Shown: piece after piece, positions 34,301 through 47,500 of the stretch
Layout of the letters: every line of letters begins with the position of its first letter
Position numbering within the stretch: position 1 is the first letter of the stretch
Assembly: GCA_964016885.1 (NCBI GenBank)
Contig: OZ024741.1
Location: 392,088,001 to 392,152,000, forward strand
Source of the DNA: Eledone cirrhosa
Taxonomy: Eukaryota
Direction: 5' to 3'
Length of the DNA stretch: 64,000 nucleotides
Notes under the pieces: model-generated
What the model was told of the DNA's origin: nothing
Databases searched by the model: none
What the model saw: only the letters and a program-made list of their open reading frames with translations
Made by a program: the position numbers and the translations under genes

Positions 34301-35201
34301 GTCGACATCGCCTTGTAAGCCTCTTAGCTCAGCTTCTTTCTTTGCTAATCTATGTATATTTAGCTTCTCTTCTAGTCATTTGATATTGTTTTTTGTTTCC
34401 CTCTTTCTTCCAGTCTTTCCAGGTTTATCCTTCAGCTTTTATGGTATGCATTAGGTTGTCTTGTAGAAACCTTCAGTTGTCCTCTGGCATTCTCATCATA
34501 CACACACTGTAAAACCTTTCTGAATCTACATTTAACAGTCTATCTAGTCTATCTAGCTTATATGTTTGACTGATTCGAAGGTGATCAAGTGGCTAATTGG
34601 TTCTCTGAAGTTAATGTTGTAGATCCTCTTCATTCCTTGAGCCATATTCACAGTCACCATGTACTACTCAATGAACCCTATTATTACCAGTCAAAAGAGC
34701 TTCTATCTGTGTTCTTTGAAAAATCATGTGGCAGTTTGCGCTAGTGATTTCTACCCTGTGCCAACCAATGCTTTGTGAAAGAATTTAGTAGAGAAAAATT
34801 GTACTGTATCTACATGTGTGTATGCCAGTTGCTGGAAATGTTGGGTTGGTACTGTATATGAAAAACAAGCCGTAACAGTTGCTTACATCCCTTATAAGCA
34901 GTACATTTTCTAGTGTACTGGTATATACAATGCTTAAAATAAGTATAGTTTGACATTAGGAAAGGCATCTGGCTATAGAAAACCTGCCACACAAGTCTCA
35001 TCTCAGCCCATGCAAGCATGGAAAAAATTGTCCTAAAACAGTTGTTACTGCTGATGGTGTGTGTGTGAGGTGTGTGTGTGTGTGTGTGTGTGTGTGCACA
35101 ATACTGACTTGGTCTGAAAACCAAATAGTTATCACTGTTTATCACATTTGAATGAATAAATTACTTAGGAAAGAAAAAATTTTCTTTTATCTTTCTTACA
35201 G

Positions 35202-35365
35202 ATTTGGTGTATGTTTCAACTATAAATATTTACCACTGTCCTCTTTCCACCCTTATGCTTAACAATGGCAAACCTGTATTGTGTGAGAAAACCTGTGGAA
35301 ATAACATCAAGGAAACAGAAAGTATGATTGAACTTGCAAGTTCAAAGGAATTATTTTTCATGGAG
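35202..35365 (+). CDS. DHDH: Dihydrodiol dehydrogenase, coding exon 3
   Basis: Acceptor TTTCTTACAG; (D)LVYVSTINIYH..MLNNGKPVLCEKT..ELFFME; 164 bp, phase 1 to 0, donor GTATGT; frame-compatible with exon 2. Confidence 0.92.
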
Positions 35366-35532
35366 GTATGTCAATTATGCTCTCTTCAGTCCTAATCAAG
35401 CAGAGCCTTGGTCAAGAGCCACAACTATGTCATATTTATTTCTCAGAGATGGTTTCATCTAGGGCAAGATTAATTGATGCAACTTCCCTTTTTAAGATGG
35501 TAGTGTGTAATTGATTTAGTTTGTTTCGAGCA

Positions 35533-38500
35533 GACTGAATGAGTATAGTGTGTTGAAGGTGATGGTGGGAAGTAACAAGGCAGGGAGGATGATAGCAGAA
35601 GGTTGTACTTAACACTGAATAGTGTGTTGAAGGTGATGGTGGGAGGTAAAATAATAGAAAGGATGATAGCAGAAGGTTGTACTTAACACTGAATAGTGTG
35701 TTGAAGGTGATGGTGGGGGGTAACATGATAGAAAGGATGATAGCAGAAGGTTGTACTTAACACGGAATAGTGTGTTGAAGGTGATGGTGGGGGGTAACAT
35801 GATAGAAAGGATGATAGCAGAAGGTGTACTTAACACTGAATAGTGTGTTGAAGGTGATGGTGGGGGGTAACATGATAGAAAGGATGATAGCAGAAGGTTG
35901 TACTTAACACTGAATAGTGTGTTGAAGGTGATGGTGGGGGGTAACATGATAGAAAGGATGATAGCAGAAGGTTGTACTTAACACGGAATAGTGTGTTGAA
36001 GGTGATAGTGGGAGGTAACATGATAGAAAGGATGATAGCAGAAGGTTGTACTTAACACTGAATAGTGTGTTGAAGGTGATAGTGGGAGGTAACATGATAG
36101 AAAGGATGATAGCAGAAGGTTGTACTTAACACTGAATAGTGTGTTGAAGGTGATAGTGGGAGGTAACATGATAGAAAGGATGATAGCAGAAGGTTGGACT
36201 TAACACTGAATAGTGTGTTGAAGGTGATGGTGGGAGGTAACATGATAGAAAGGATGATAGCAGAAGGTTGTACTTAACACTGGATAGTGTGTTAAAGGTG
36301 ATGGTGGGAGGTAACATGATAGAAAGGATGATAGCAGAAGGTTGTACTTAACACTGAATAGTGTGTTGAAGGTGATGGTGGGGGGTAACATGATAGAAAG
36401 GATGATAGCAGAAGGTTGTACTTAACACTGAATAGTGTGTTAAAGGTGATGGTGGGAGGTAACATGATAGAAAGGATGATAGCAGAAGGTTGTACTTAAC
36501 ACGGAATAGTGTGTTGAAGGTGATGGTGGGGGGTAACATGATAGAAAGGATGATAGCAGAAGGTTGTACTTAACACTGAATAGTGTGTTGAAGGTGATGG
36601 TGGGGGGTAACATGATAGAAAGGATGATAGCAGAAGGTTGTACTTAACACTGAATAGTGTGTTGAAGGTGATGGTGGGGGGTAACATGATAGAAAGGATG
36701 ATAGCAGAAGGTTGTACTTAACACTGAATAGTGTGTTGAAGGTGATGGTGGGGGGGTAACATGATAGAAAGGATGATAGCAGAAGGTTGTACTTAACACT
36801 GAATAGTGTGTTGAAGGTGATGGTGGGAGGTAACATGATAGAAAGGATGATAGCAGAAGGTTGTACTTAACACTGAATAGTGTGTTGAAGGTGATGGTGG
36901 GGGGTAACATGATAGAAAGGATGATAGCAGAAGGTTGTACTTAACACTGAATAGTGTGTTGAAGGTGATGGTGGGGGGTAACATGATAGAAAGGATGATA
37001 GCAGAAGGTTGTACTTAACACTGAATAGTGTGTTGAAGGTGATGGTGGGGGGTAACATGATAGAAAGGATGATAGCAGAAGGTTGTACTTAACACTGAAT
37101 AGTGTGTTGATGGTGGGGGGGTAACATGATAGAAAGGATGATAGCAGAAGGTTGTACTTAACACTGAATAGTGTGTTGAAGGTGATGGTGGGAGGTAACA
37201 TGATAGAAAGGATGATAGCAGAAGGTTGTACTTAACACTGAATAGTGTGTTGAAGGTGATGGTGGGGGGTAACATGATAGAAAGGATGATAGCAGAAGGT
37301 TGTACTTAACACTGAATAGTGTGTTGATGGTGGGGGGTAACATGATAGAAAGGATGATAGCAGAAGGTTGTACTTAACACTGAATAGTGTGTTGAAGGTG
37401 ATGGTGGGAGGTAACATGATAGAAAGGATGATAGCAGAAGGTTGTACTTAACACTGAATAGTGTGTTGAAGGTGATGGTGGGGGGGTAACATGATAGAAA
37501 GGATGATAGCAGAAGGTTGTACTTAACACTGAATAGTGTGTTGAAGGTGATGGTGGGGGGTAACATGATAGAAAGGATGATAGCAGAAGGTTGTACTTAA
37601 CACTGAATAGTGTGTTGAAGGTGATGGTGGGGGGTAACATGATAGAAAGGATGATAGCAGAAGGTTGTACTTAACACTGAATAGTGTGTTGATGGTGGGG
37701 GGTAACATGATAGAAAGGATGATAGCAGAAGGTTGTACTTAACACTGAATAGTGTGTTGAAGGTGATGGTGGGAGGTAACATGATAGAAAGGATGATAGC
37801 AGAAGGTTCTACTTAACACTGAATAGTGTGTTGAAGGTGATGGTGGGGGGTAACATGATAGAAAGGATGATAGCAGAAGGTTGTACTTAACACTGAATAG
37901 TGTGTTGAAGGTGATGGTGGGAGGTAACATGATAGAAAGGATGATAGCAGAAGGTTGTACTTAACACTGAATAGTGTGTTGAAGGTGATGGTGGGAGGTA
38001 ACATGATAGAAAGGATGATAGCAGAAGGTTGTACTTAACACTGAATAGTGTGTTGAAGGTGATGGTGGGAGGTAACATGATAGAAAGGATGATAGCAGAA
38101 GGTTGTACTTAACACTGAATAGTGTGTTGAAGGTGATGGTGGGAGGTAACATGATAGAAAGGATGATAGCAGAAGGTTGTACTTAACACTGAATAGTGTG
38201 TTGAAGGTGATGGTGGGAGGTAACATGATAGAAAGGATGATAGCAGAAGGTTGTACTTAACACTGAATAGTGTGTTGAAGGTGATGGTGGGGGGTAACAT
38301 GATAGAAAGGATGATAGCAGAAGGTTGTACTTAACACTGAATAGTGTGTTGAAGGTGATGGTGGGGGGTAACATGATAGAAAGGATGATAGCAGAAGGTT
38401 GTACTTAACACTGAATAGTGTGTTGAAGGTGATGGTGGGAGGTAACATGATAGAAAGGATGATAGCAGAAGGTTGTACTTAACACTGAATAGTGTGTTGA

Positions 38501-41500
38501 AGGTGATGGTGGGAGGTAACATGATAGAAAGGATGATAGCAGAAGGTTGTACTTAACACTGAATAGTGTGTTGAAGGTGATGGTGGGGGGTAACATGATA
38601 GAAAGGATGATAGCAGAAGGTTGTACTTAACACTGAATAGTGTGTTGAAGGTGATGGTGGGGGGTAACATGATAGAAAGGATGATAGCAGAAGGTTGTAC
38701 TTAACACTGAATAGTGTGTTGAAGGTGATGGTGGGGGGTAACATGATAGAAAGGATGATAGCAGAAGGTTGTACTTAACACTGAATAGTGTGTTGAAGGT
38801 GATGGTGGGGGGTAACATGATAGAAAGGATGATAGCAGAAGGTTGTACTTAACACTGAATAGTGTGTTGATGGTGGGGGGTAACATGATAGAAAGGATGA
38901 TAGCAGAAGGTTGTACTTAACACTGAATAGTGTGTTGAAGGTGATGGTGGGAGGTAACATGATAGAAAGGATGATAGCAGAAGGTTCTACTTAACACTGA
39001 ATAGTGTGTTGAAGGTGATGGTGGGGGGTAACATGATAGAAAGGATGATAGCAGAAGGTTGTACTTAACACTGAATAGTGTGTTGAAGGTGATGGTGGGA
39101 GGTAACATGATAGAAAGGATGATAGCAGAAGGTTGTACTTAACACTGAATAGTGTGTTGAAGGTGATGGTGGGAGGTAACATGATAGAAAGGATGATAGC
39201 AGAAGGTTGTACTTAACACTGAATAGTGTGTTGAAGGTGATGGTGGGAGGTAACATGATAGAAAGGATGATAGCAGAAGGTTGTACTTAACACTGAATAG
39301 TGTGTTGAAGGTGATGGTGGGAGGTAACATGATAGAAAGGATGATAGCAGAAGGTTGTACTTAACACTGAATAGTGTGTTGAAGGTGATGGTGGGGGGTA
39401 ACATGATAGAAAGGATGATAGCAGAAGGTTGTACTTAACACTGAATAGTGTGTTGAAGGTGATGGTGGGAGGTAACATGATAGAAAGGATGATAGCAGAA
39501 GGTGTACTTAACACTGAATAGTGTGTTGAAGGTGATGGTGGGAGGTAACATGATAGAAAGGATGATAGCAGAAGGTTGTACTTAACACTGAATAGTGTGT
39601 TGAAGGTGATGGTGGGAGGTAACATGATAGAAAGGATGATAGCAGAAGGTTGTACTTAACACTGAATAGTGTGTTGAAGGTGATGGTGGGAGGTAACATG
39701 ATAGAAAGGGTGATAGCAGAAGGTTGTACTTAACACTGAATAGTGTGTTGAAGGTGATGGTGGGGGGTAACATGATAGAAAGGATGATAGCAGAAGGTTG
39801 TACTTAACACTGAATAGTGTGTTGATGGTGGGGGGGTAACATGATAGAAAGGATGATAGCAGAAGGTTGTACTTAACACTGAATAGTGTGTTGAAGGTGA
39901 TGGTGGGAGGTAACATGATAGAAAGGATGATAGCAGAAGGTTGTACTTAACACTGAATAGTGTGTTGAAGGTGATGGTGGGGGGTAACATGATAGAAAGG
40001 ATGATAGCAGAAGGTTGTACTTAACACTGAATAGTGTGTTGAAGGTGATGGTGGGGGGTAACATGATAGAAAGGATGATAGCAGAAGGTTGTACTTAACA
40101 CTGAATAGTGTGTTGAAGGTGATGGTGGGGGGTAACATGATAGAAAGGATGATAGCAGAAGGTTGTACTTAACACTGAATAGTGTGTTGATGGTGGGGGG
40201 TAACATGATAGAAAGGATGATAGCAGAAGGTTGTACTTAACACTGAATAGTGTGTTGAAGGTGATGGTGGGAGGTAACATGATAGAAAGGATGATAGCAG
40301 AAGGTTGTACTTAACACTGAATAGTGTGTTGATGGTGGGGGGTAACATGATAGAAAGGATGATAGCAGAAGGTTGTACTTAACACTGAATAGTGTGTTGA
40401 AGGTGATGGTGGGAGGTAACATGATAGAAAGGATGATAGCAGAAGGTTGTACTTAACACTGAATAGTGTGTTGAAGGTGATGGTGGGGGGGTAACATGAT
40501 AGAAAGGATGATAGCAGAAGGTTGTACTTAACACTGAATAGTGTGTTGAAGGTGATGGTGGGGGGTAACATGATAGAAAGGATGATAGCAGAAGGTTGTA
40601 CTTAACACTGAATAGTGTGTTGAAGGTGATGGTGGGGGGTAACATGATAGAAAGGATGATAGCAGAAGGTTGTACTTAACACTGAATAGTGTGTTGAAGG
40701 TGATGGTGGGGGGTAACATGATAGAAAGGATGATAGCAGAAGGTTGTACTTAACACTGAATAGTGTGTTGAAGGTGATGGTGGGAGGTAACATGATAGAA
40801 AGGATGATAGCAGAAGGTTCTACTTAACACTGAATAGTGTGTTGAAGGTGATGGTGGGGGGTAACATGATAGAAAGGATGATAGCAGAAGGTTGTACTTA
40901 ACACTGAATAGTGTGTTGAAGGTGATGGTGGGAGGTAACATGATAGAAAGGATGATAGCAGAAGGTTGTACTTAACACTGAATAGTGTGTTGAAGGTGAT
41001 GGTGGGAGGTAACATGATAGAAAGGATGATAGCAGAAGGTTGTACTTAACACTGAATAGTGTGTTGAAGGTGATGGTGGGAGGTAACATGATAGAAAGGA
41101 TGATAGCAGAAGGTTGTACTTAACACTGAATAGTGTGTTGAAGGTGATGGTGGGAGGTAACATGATAGAAAGGATGATAGCAGAAGGTTGTACTTAACAC
41201 TGAATAGTGTGTTGAAGGTGATGGTGGGAGGTAACATGATAGAAAGGATGATAGCAGAAGGTTGTACTTAACACTGAATAGTGTGTTGAAGGTGATGGTG
41301 GGGGGTAACATGATAGAAAGGATGATAGCAGAAGGTTGTACTTAACACTGAATAGTGTGTTGAAGGTGATGGTGGGGGGTAACATGATAGAAAGGATGAT
41401 AGCAGAAGGTTGTACTTAACACTGAATAGTGTGTTGAAGGTGATGGTGGGGGGTAACATGATAGAAAGGATGATAGCAGAAGGTTGTACTTAACACTGAA

Positions 41501-44500
41501 TAGTGTGTTGAAGGTGATGGTGGGGGGTAACATGATAGAAAGGATGATAGCAGAAGGTTGTACTTAACACTGAATAGTGTGTTGATGGTGGGGGGTAACA
41601 TGATAGAAAGCATGATAGCAGAAGGTTGTACTTAACACTGAATAGTGTGTTGAAGGTGATGGTGGGAGGTAACATGATAGAAAGGATGATAGCAGAAGGT
41701 TGTACTTAACACTGAATAGTGTGTTGAAGGTGATGGTGGGAGGTAACATGATAGAAAGGATGATAGCAGAAGGTTGTACTTAACACTGAATAGTGTGTTG
41801 AAGGTGATGGTGGGGGGTAACATGATAGAAAGGATGATAGCAGAAGGTTGTACTTAACAATGAATAGTGTGTTGAAGGTGATGGTGGGGGGTAACATGAT
41901 AGAAAGGATGATAGCAGAAGGTTGTACTTAACACTGAATAGTGTGTTGAAGGTGATGGTGGGGGGTAACATGATAGAAAGGATGATAGCAGAAGGTTGTA
42001 CTTAACACTGAATAGTGTGTTGAAGGTGATGGTGGGGGGTAACCTGATAGAAAGGATGATAGCAGAAGGTTGTACTTAACACTGAATAGTGTGTTGATGG
42101 TGGGGGGTAACATGATAGAAAGGATGATAGCAGAAGGTTGTACTTAACACTGAATAGTGTGTTGAAGGTGATGGTGGGAGGTAACATGATAGAAAGGATG
42201 ATAGCAGAAGGTTCTACTTAACACTGAATAGTGTGTTGAAGGTGATGGTGGGGGGTAACATGATAGAAAGGATGATAGCAGAAGGTTGTACTTAACACTG
42301 AATAGTGTGTTGAAGGTGATGGTGGGAGGTAACATGATAGAAAGGATGATAGCAGAAGGTTGTACTTAACACTGAATAGTGTGTTGAAGGTGATGGTGGG
42401 AGGTAACATGATAGAAAGGATGATAGCAGAAGGTTGTACTTAACACTGAATAGTGTGTTGAAGGTGATGGTGGGAGGTAACATGATAGAAAGGATGATAG
42501 CAGAAGGTTGTACTTAACACTGAATAGTGTGTTGAAGGTGATGGTGGGAGGTAACATGATAGAAAGGATGATAGCAGAAGGTTGTACTTAACACTGAATA
42601 GTGTGTTGAAGGTGATGGTGGGGGGTAACATGATAGAAAGGATGATAGCAGAAGGTTGTACTTAACACTGAATAGTGTGTTGAAGGTGATGGTGGGAGGT
42701 AACATGATAGAAAGGATGATAGCAGAAGGTGTACTTAACACTGAATAGTGTGTTGAAGGTGATGGTGGGAGGTAACATGATAGAAAGGATGATAGCAGAA
42801 GGTTGTACTTAACACTGAATAGTGTGTTGAAGGTGATGGTGGGAGGTAACATGATAGAAAGGATGATAGCAGAAGGTTGTACTTAACACTGAATAGTGTG
42901 TTGAAGGTGATGGTGGGAGGTAACATGATAGAAAGGGTGATAGCAGAAGGTTGTACTTAACACTGAATAGTGTGTTGAAGGTGATGGTGGGGGGTAACAT
43001 GATAGAAAGGATGATAGCAGAAGGTTGTACTTAACACTGAATAGTATGTTGAAGGTGATAGTGGGAGGTAACATGATAGAAAGGATGATAGCAGAAGGTT
43101 GTACTTAACACTGAATAGTGTGTTGAAGGTGATGGTGGGAGGTAACATGATAGAAAGGATGATAGCAGAAGGTTGTACTTAACACTGAATAGTGTGTTGA
43201 AGGTGATGGTGGGGGGTAACATGATAGAAAGGATGATAGCAGAAGGTTGTACTTAACACTGAATAGTGTGTTGAAGGTGATGGTGGGAGGTAACATGATA
43301 GAAAGGGTGATAGCAGAAGGTTGTACTTAACACTGAATAGTGTGTTGAAGGTGATGGTGGGAGGTAACATGATAGAAAGGGTGATAGCAGAAGGTTGTAC
43401 TTAACACTGAATAGTGTGTTGAAGATGATGGTGGGGGGTAACATGATAGAAAGGATGATAGCAGAAGGTTGTACTTAACACTGAATAGTATGTTGAAGGT
43501 GATAGTGGGAGGTAACATGATAGAAAGGATGATAGCAGAAGGTTGTACTTAACACTGAATAGTGTGTTGAAGGTGATGGTGGGGGGTAACATGATAGAAA
43601 GGATGATAGCAGAAGGTTGTACTTAACACTGAATAGTGTGTTGAAGGTGATGGTGGGGGGTAACATGATAGAAAGGATGATAGCAGAAGGTTGTACTTAA
43701 CACTGAATAGTGTGTTGAAGGTGATGGTGGGAGGTAACATGATAGAAAGGGTGATAGCAGAAGGTTGTACTTAACACTGAATAGTGTGTTGAAGGTGATG
43801 GTGGGGGGTAACATGATAGAAAGGATGATAGCAGAAGGTTGTACTTAACACTGAATAGTATGTTGAAGGTGATAGTGGGAGGTAACATGATAGAAAGGAT
43901 GATAGCAGAAGGTTGTACTTAACACTGAATAGTGTGTTGAAGGTGATGGTGGGGTGTAACATGATAGAAAGGATGATAGCAGAAGGTTGTACTTAACACT
44001 AAATAGTGTGTTGAAGGTGATGGTGGGGGGTAACATGATAGAAAGGATGATAGCAGAAGGTTGTACTTAACACTGAATAGTGTGTTGAAGGTGATGGTGG
44101 GGGGTAACATGATAGAAAGGATGATAGCAGAAGGTTGTACTTAACACTGAATAGTGTGTTGAAGGTGATAGTGGGGGGGTAACATGATAGAAAGGATGAT
44201 AGCAGAAGGTTGTACTTAACACTGAATAGTGTGTTGAAGGTGATAGTGGGAGGTAACATGATAGAAAGGATGATAGCAGAAGGTTGTACTTAACACTGAA
44301 TAGTGTGTTGAAGGTGATAGTGGGAGGTAACATGATAGAAAGGATGATAGCAGAAGGTTGTACTTAACACTGAATAGTGTGTTGAAGGTGATGGTGGGGG
44401 GTAACATGATAGAAAGGATGATAGCAGAGGGTTGTACTTAACACTGAATAGTATGTTGAAGGTGATAGTGGGAGGTAACATGATAGAAAGGATGATAGCA

Positions 44501-47500
44501 GAAGGTTGTACTTAACACTGAATAGTGTGTTGAAGGTGATGGTGGGGGGTAACATGATAGAAAGGATGATAGCAGAAGGTTGTACTTAACACTGAATAGT
44601 ATGTTGAAGGTGATAGTGGGAGGTAACATGATAGAAAGCATGATAGCAGAAGGTTGTACTTAACACTGAATAGTGTGTTGAAGGTGATGGTGGGGGGTAA
44701 CATGATAGAAAGGATGATAGCAGAAGGTTGTACTTAACACTGAATAGTGTGTTGAAGGTGATGGTGGGAGGTAAAATGATAGAAAGGTTGATAGCAGAAG
44801 GTTGTACTTAACACTGAATAGTGTGTTGAAGGTGATGGTGGGGGGTAACATGATAGAAAGGATGATAGCAGAAGGTTGTACTTAACACTGAATAGTGTGT
44901 TGAAGGTGATAGTGGGAGGTAACATGATAGAAAGGTTGATAGCAGAAGGTTGTACTTAACACTGAATAGTGTGTTGAAGGTGATGGTGGGGGGTTACATG
45001 ATCAAAGGATGATAGCAGAAGGTTGTACTTAACACTGAATAGTGTGTTGAAGGTGATGGTGGGAGGTAACATGATAGAAAGGATGATAGCAGAAGGTTGT
45101 ACTTAACACTGAATAGTGTGTTGAAGGTGATAGTGGGAGGTAACATGATAGAAAGGATGATAGCAGAAGGTTGTACTTAACACTGAATAGTGTGTTGAAG
45201 GTGATAGTGGGGGGTAACATGATAGAAAGGATGATAGCAGAAGGTTGTACTTAACACTGAATAGTGAGTTGAAGGTGATAGTCGGAGGTAACATGACAGA
45301 AAGGATGATAGCAGAAGGTTGTACTTAACACGGAATAGTGTGTTGAAGGTGATAGTGGGAGGTAACATGATAGAAAGGATGATAGCAGAAGGTTGTACTT
45401 AACACTGAATAGTGTGTTGAAGGTGATAGTGGGAGGTAACATGATAGAAAGGATGATAGCAGAAGGTTGTACTTAACACTGAATAGTGTGTTGAAGGTGA
45501 TGGTGGGAGGTAACATGATAGAAAGGATGATAGCAGAAGGTTGTACTTAACACTGAATAGTGTGTTGATGGTGGGGGGTAACATGATAGAAAGGATGATA
45601 GCAGAAGGTTGTACTTAACACTGAATAGTGTGTTGAAGGTGATGGTGGGAGGTAACATGATAGAAAGGATGATAGCAGAAGGTTGTACTTAACACTGAAT
45701 AGTGTGTTGAAGGTGATGGTGGGGGGTAACATGATAGAAAGGATGATAGCAGAAGGTTGTACTTAACACTGAATAGTGTGTTGAAGGTGATGGTGGGAGG
45801 TAACATGATAGAAAGGATGATAGCAGAAGGTTGTACTTAACACTGAATAGTGTGTTGAAGGTGATGGTGGGAGGTAACATGATAGAAAGGATGATAGCAG
45901 AAGGTTGTACTTAACACTGAATAGTGTGTTGAAGGTGATGGTGGGAGGTAACATGATAGAAAGGATGATAGCAGAAAGTTGTACTTAACACTGAATAGTG
46001 TGTTGAAGGTGATGGTGGGAGGTAACATGATAGAAAGGATGATAGCAGAAGGTTGTACTTAACACTGAATAGTGTGTTGAAGGTGAAGGTGGGGGGTAAC
46101 ATGATAGAAAGGATGATAGCAGAAGGTTGTACTTAACACTGAATAGTGTGTTGAAGGTGATGGTGGGAGGTAACATGATAGAAAGGATGATAGCAGAAGG
46201 TGTACTTAACACTGAATAGTGTGTTGAAGGTGATGGTGGGGGGTAACATGATAGAAAGGATGATAGCAGAAGGTTGTACTTAACACTGAATAGTGTGTTG
46301 AAGGTGATGGTGGGAGGTAACATGATAGAAAGGATGATAGCAGAAGGTTGTACTTAACACTGAATAGTGTGTTGAAGGTGATGGTGGGAGGTAACATGAT
46401 AGAAAGGGTGATAGCAGAAGGTTGTACTTAACACTGAATAGTGTGTTGAAGGTGATGGTGGGGGGTAACATGATAGAAAGGATGATAGCAGAAGGTTGTA
46501 CTTAACACTGAATAGTGTGTTGAAGGTGATGGTGGGGGGTAACATGATAGAAAGGATGATAGCAGAAGGTTGTACTTAACACTGAATAGTATGTTGAAGG
46601 TGATAGTGGGAGGTAACATGATAGAAAGGATGATAGCAGAAGGTTGTACTTAACACTGAATAGTGTGTTGAAGGTGATGGTGGGGGGTAACATGATAGAA
46701 AGGATGATAGCAGAAGGTTGTACTTAACACTGAATAGTGTGTTGAAGGTGATGGTGGGGGGTAACATGATAGAAAGGATGATAGCAGAAGGTTGTACTTA
46801 ACACTGAATAGTGTGTTGAAGGTGATGGTGGGGGGTAACATGATAGAAAGGATGATAGCAGAAGGTTGTACTTAACACTGAATAGTGTGTTGAAGGTGAT
46901 AGTGGGGGGTAACATGATATAAAGGATGATAGCAGAAGGTTGTACTTAACACTGAATAGTGTGTTGAAGGTGATAGTGGGAGGTAACATGATAGAAAGGA
47001 TGATAGCAGAAGGTTGTACTTAACACTGAATAGTGTGTTGAAGGTGATAGTGGGAGGTAACATGATAGAAAGGATGATAGCAGAAGGTTGTACTTAACAC
47101 TGAATAGTGTGTTGAAGGTGATGGTGGGGGCTAACATGATAGAAAGGATGATAGCAGAAGGTTGTACTTAACACTGAATAGTATGTTGAAGGTGATAGTG
47201 GGAGGTAACATGATAGAAAGGATGATAGCAGAAGGTTGTACTTAACACTGAATAGTATGTTGAAGGTGATGGTGGGGGGTAACATGATAGAAGGATGATA
47301 GCAGAAGGTTGTACTTAACACTGAATAGTATGTTGAAGGTGATAGTGGGAGGTAACATGATAGAAAGGATGATAGCAGAAGGTTGTACTTAACACTGAAT
47401 AGTGTGTTGAAGGTGATGGTGGGGGGTAACATGATAGAAAGGATGATAGCAGAAGGTTGTACTTAACACTGAATAGTGTGTTGAAGGTGATGGTGGGAGG

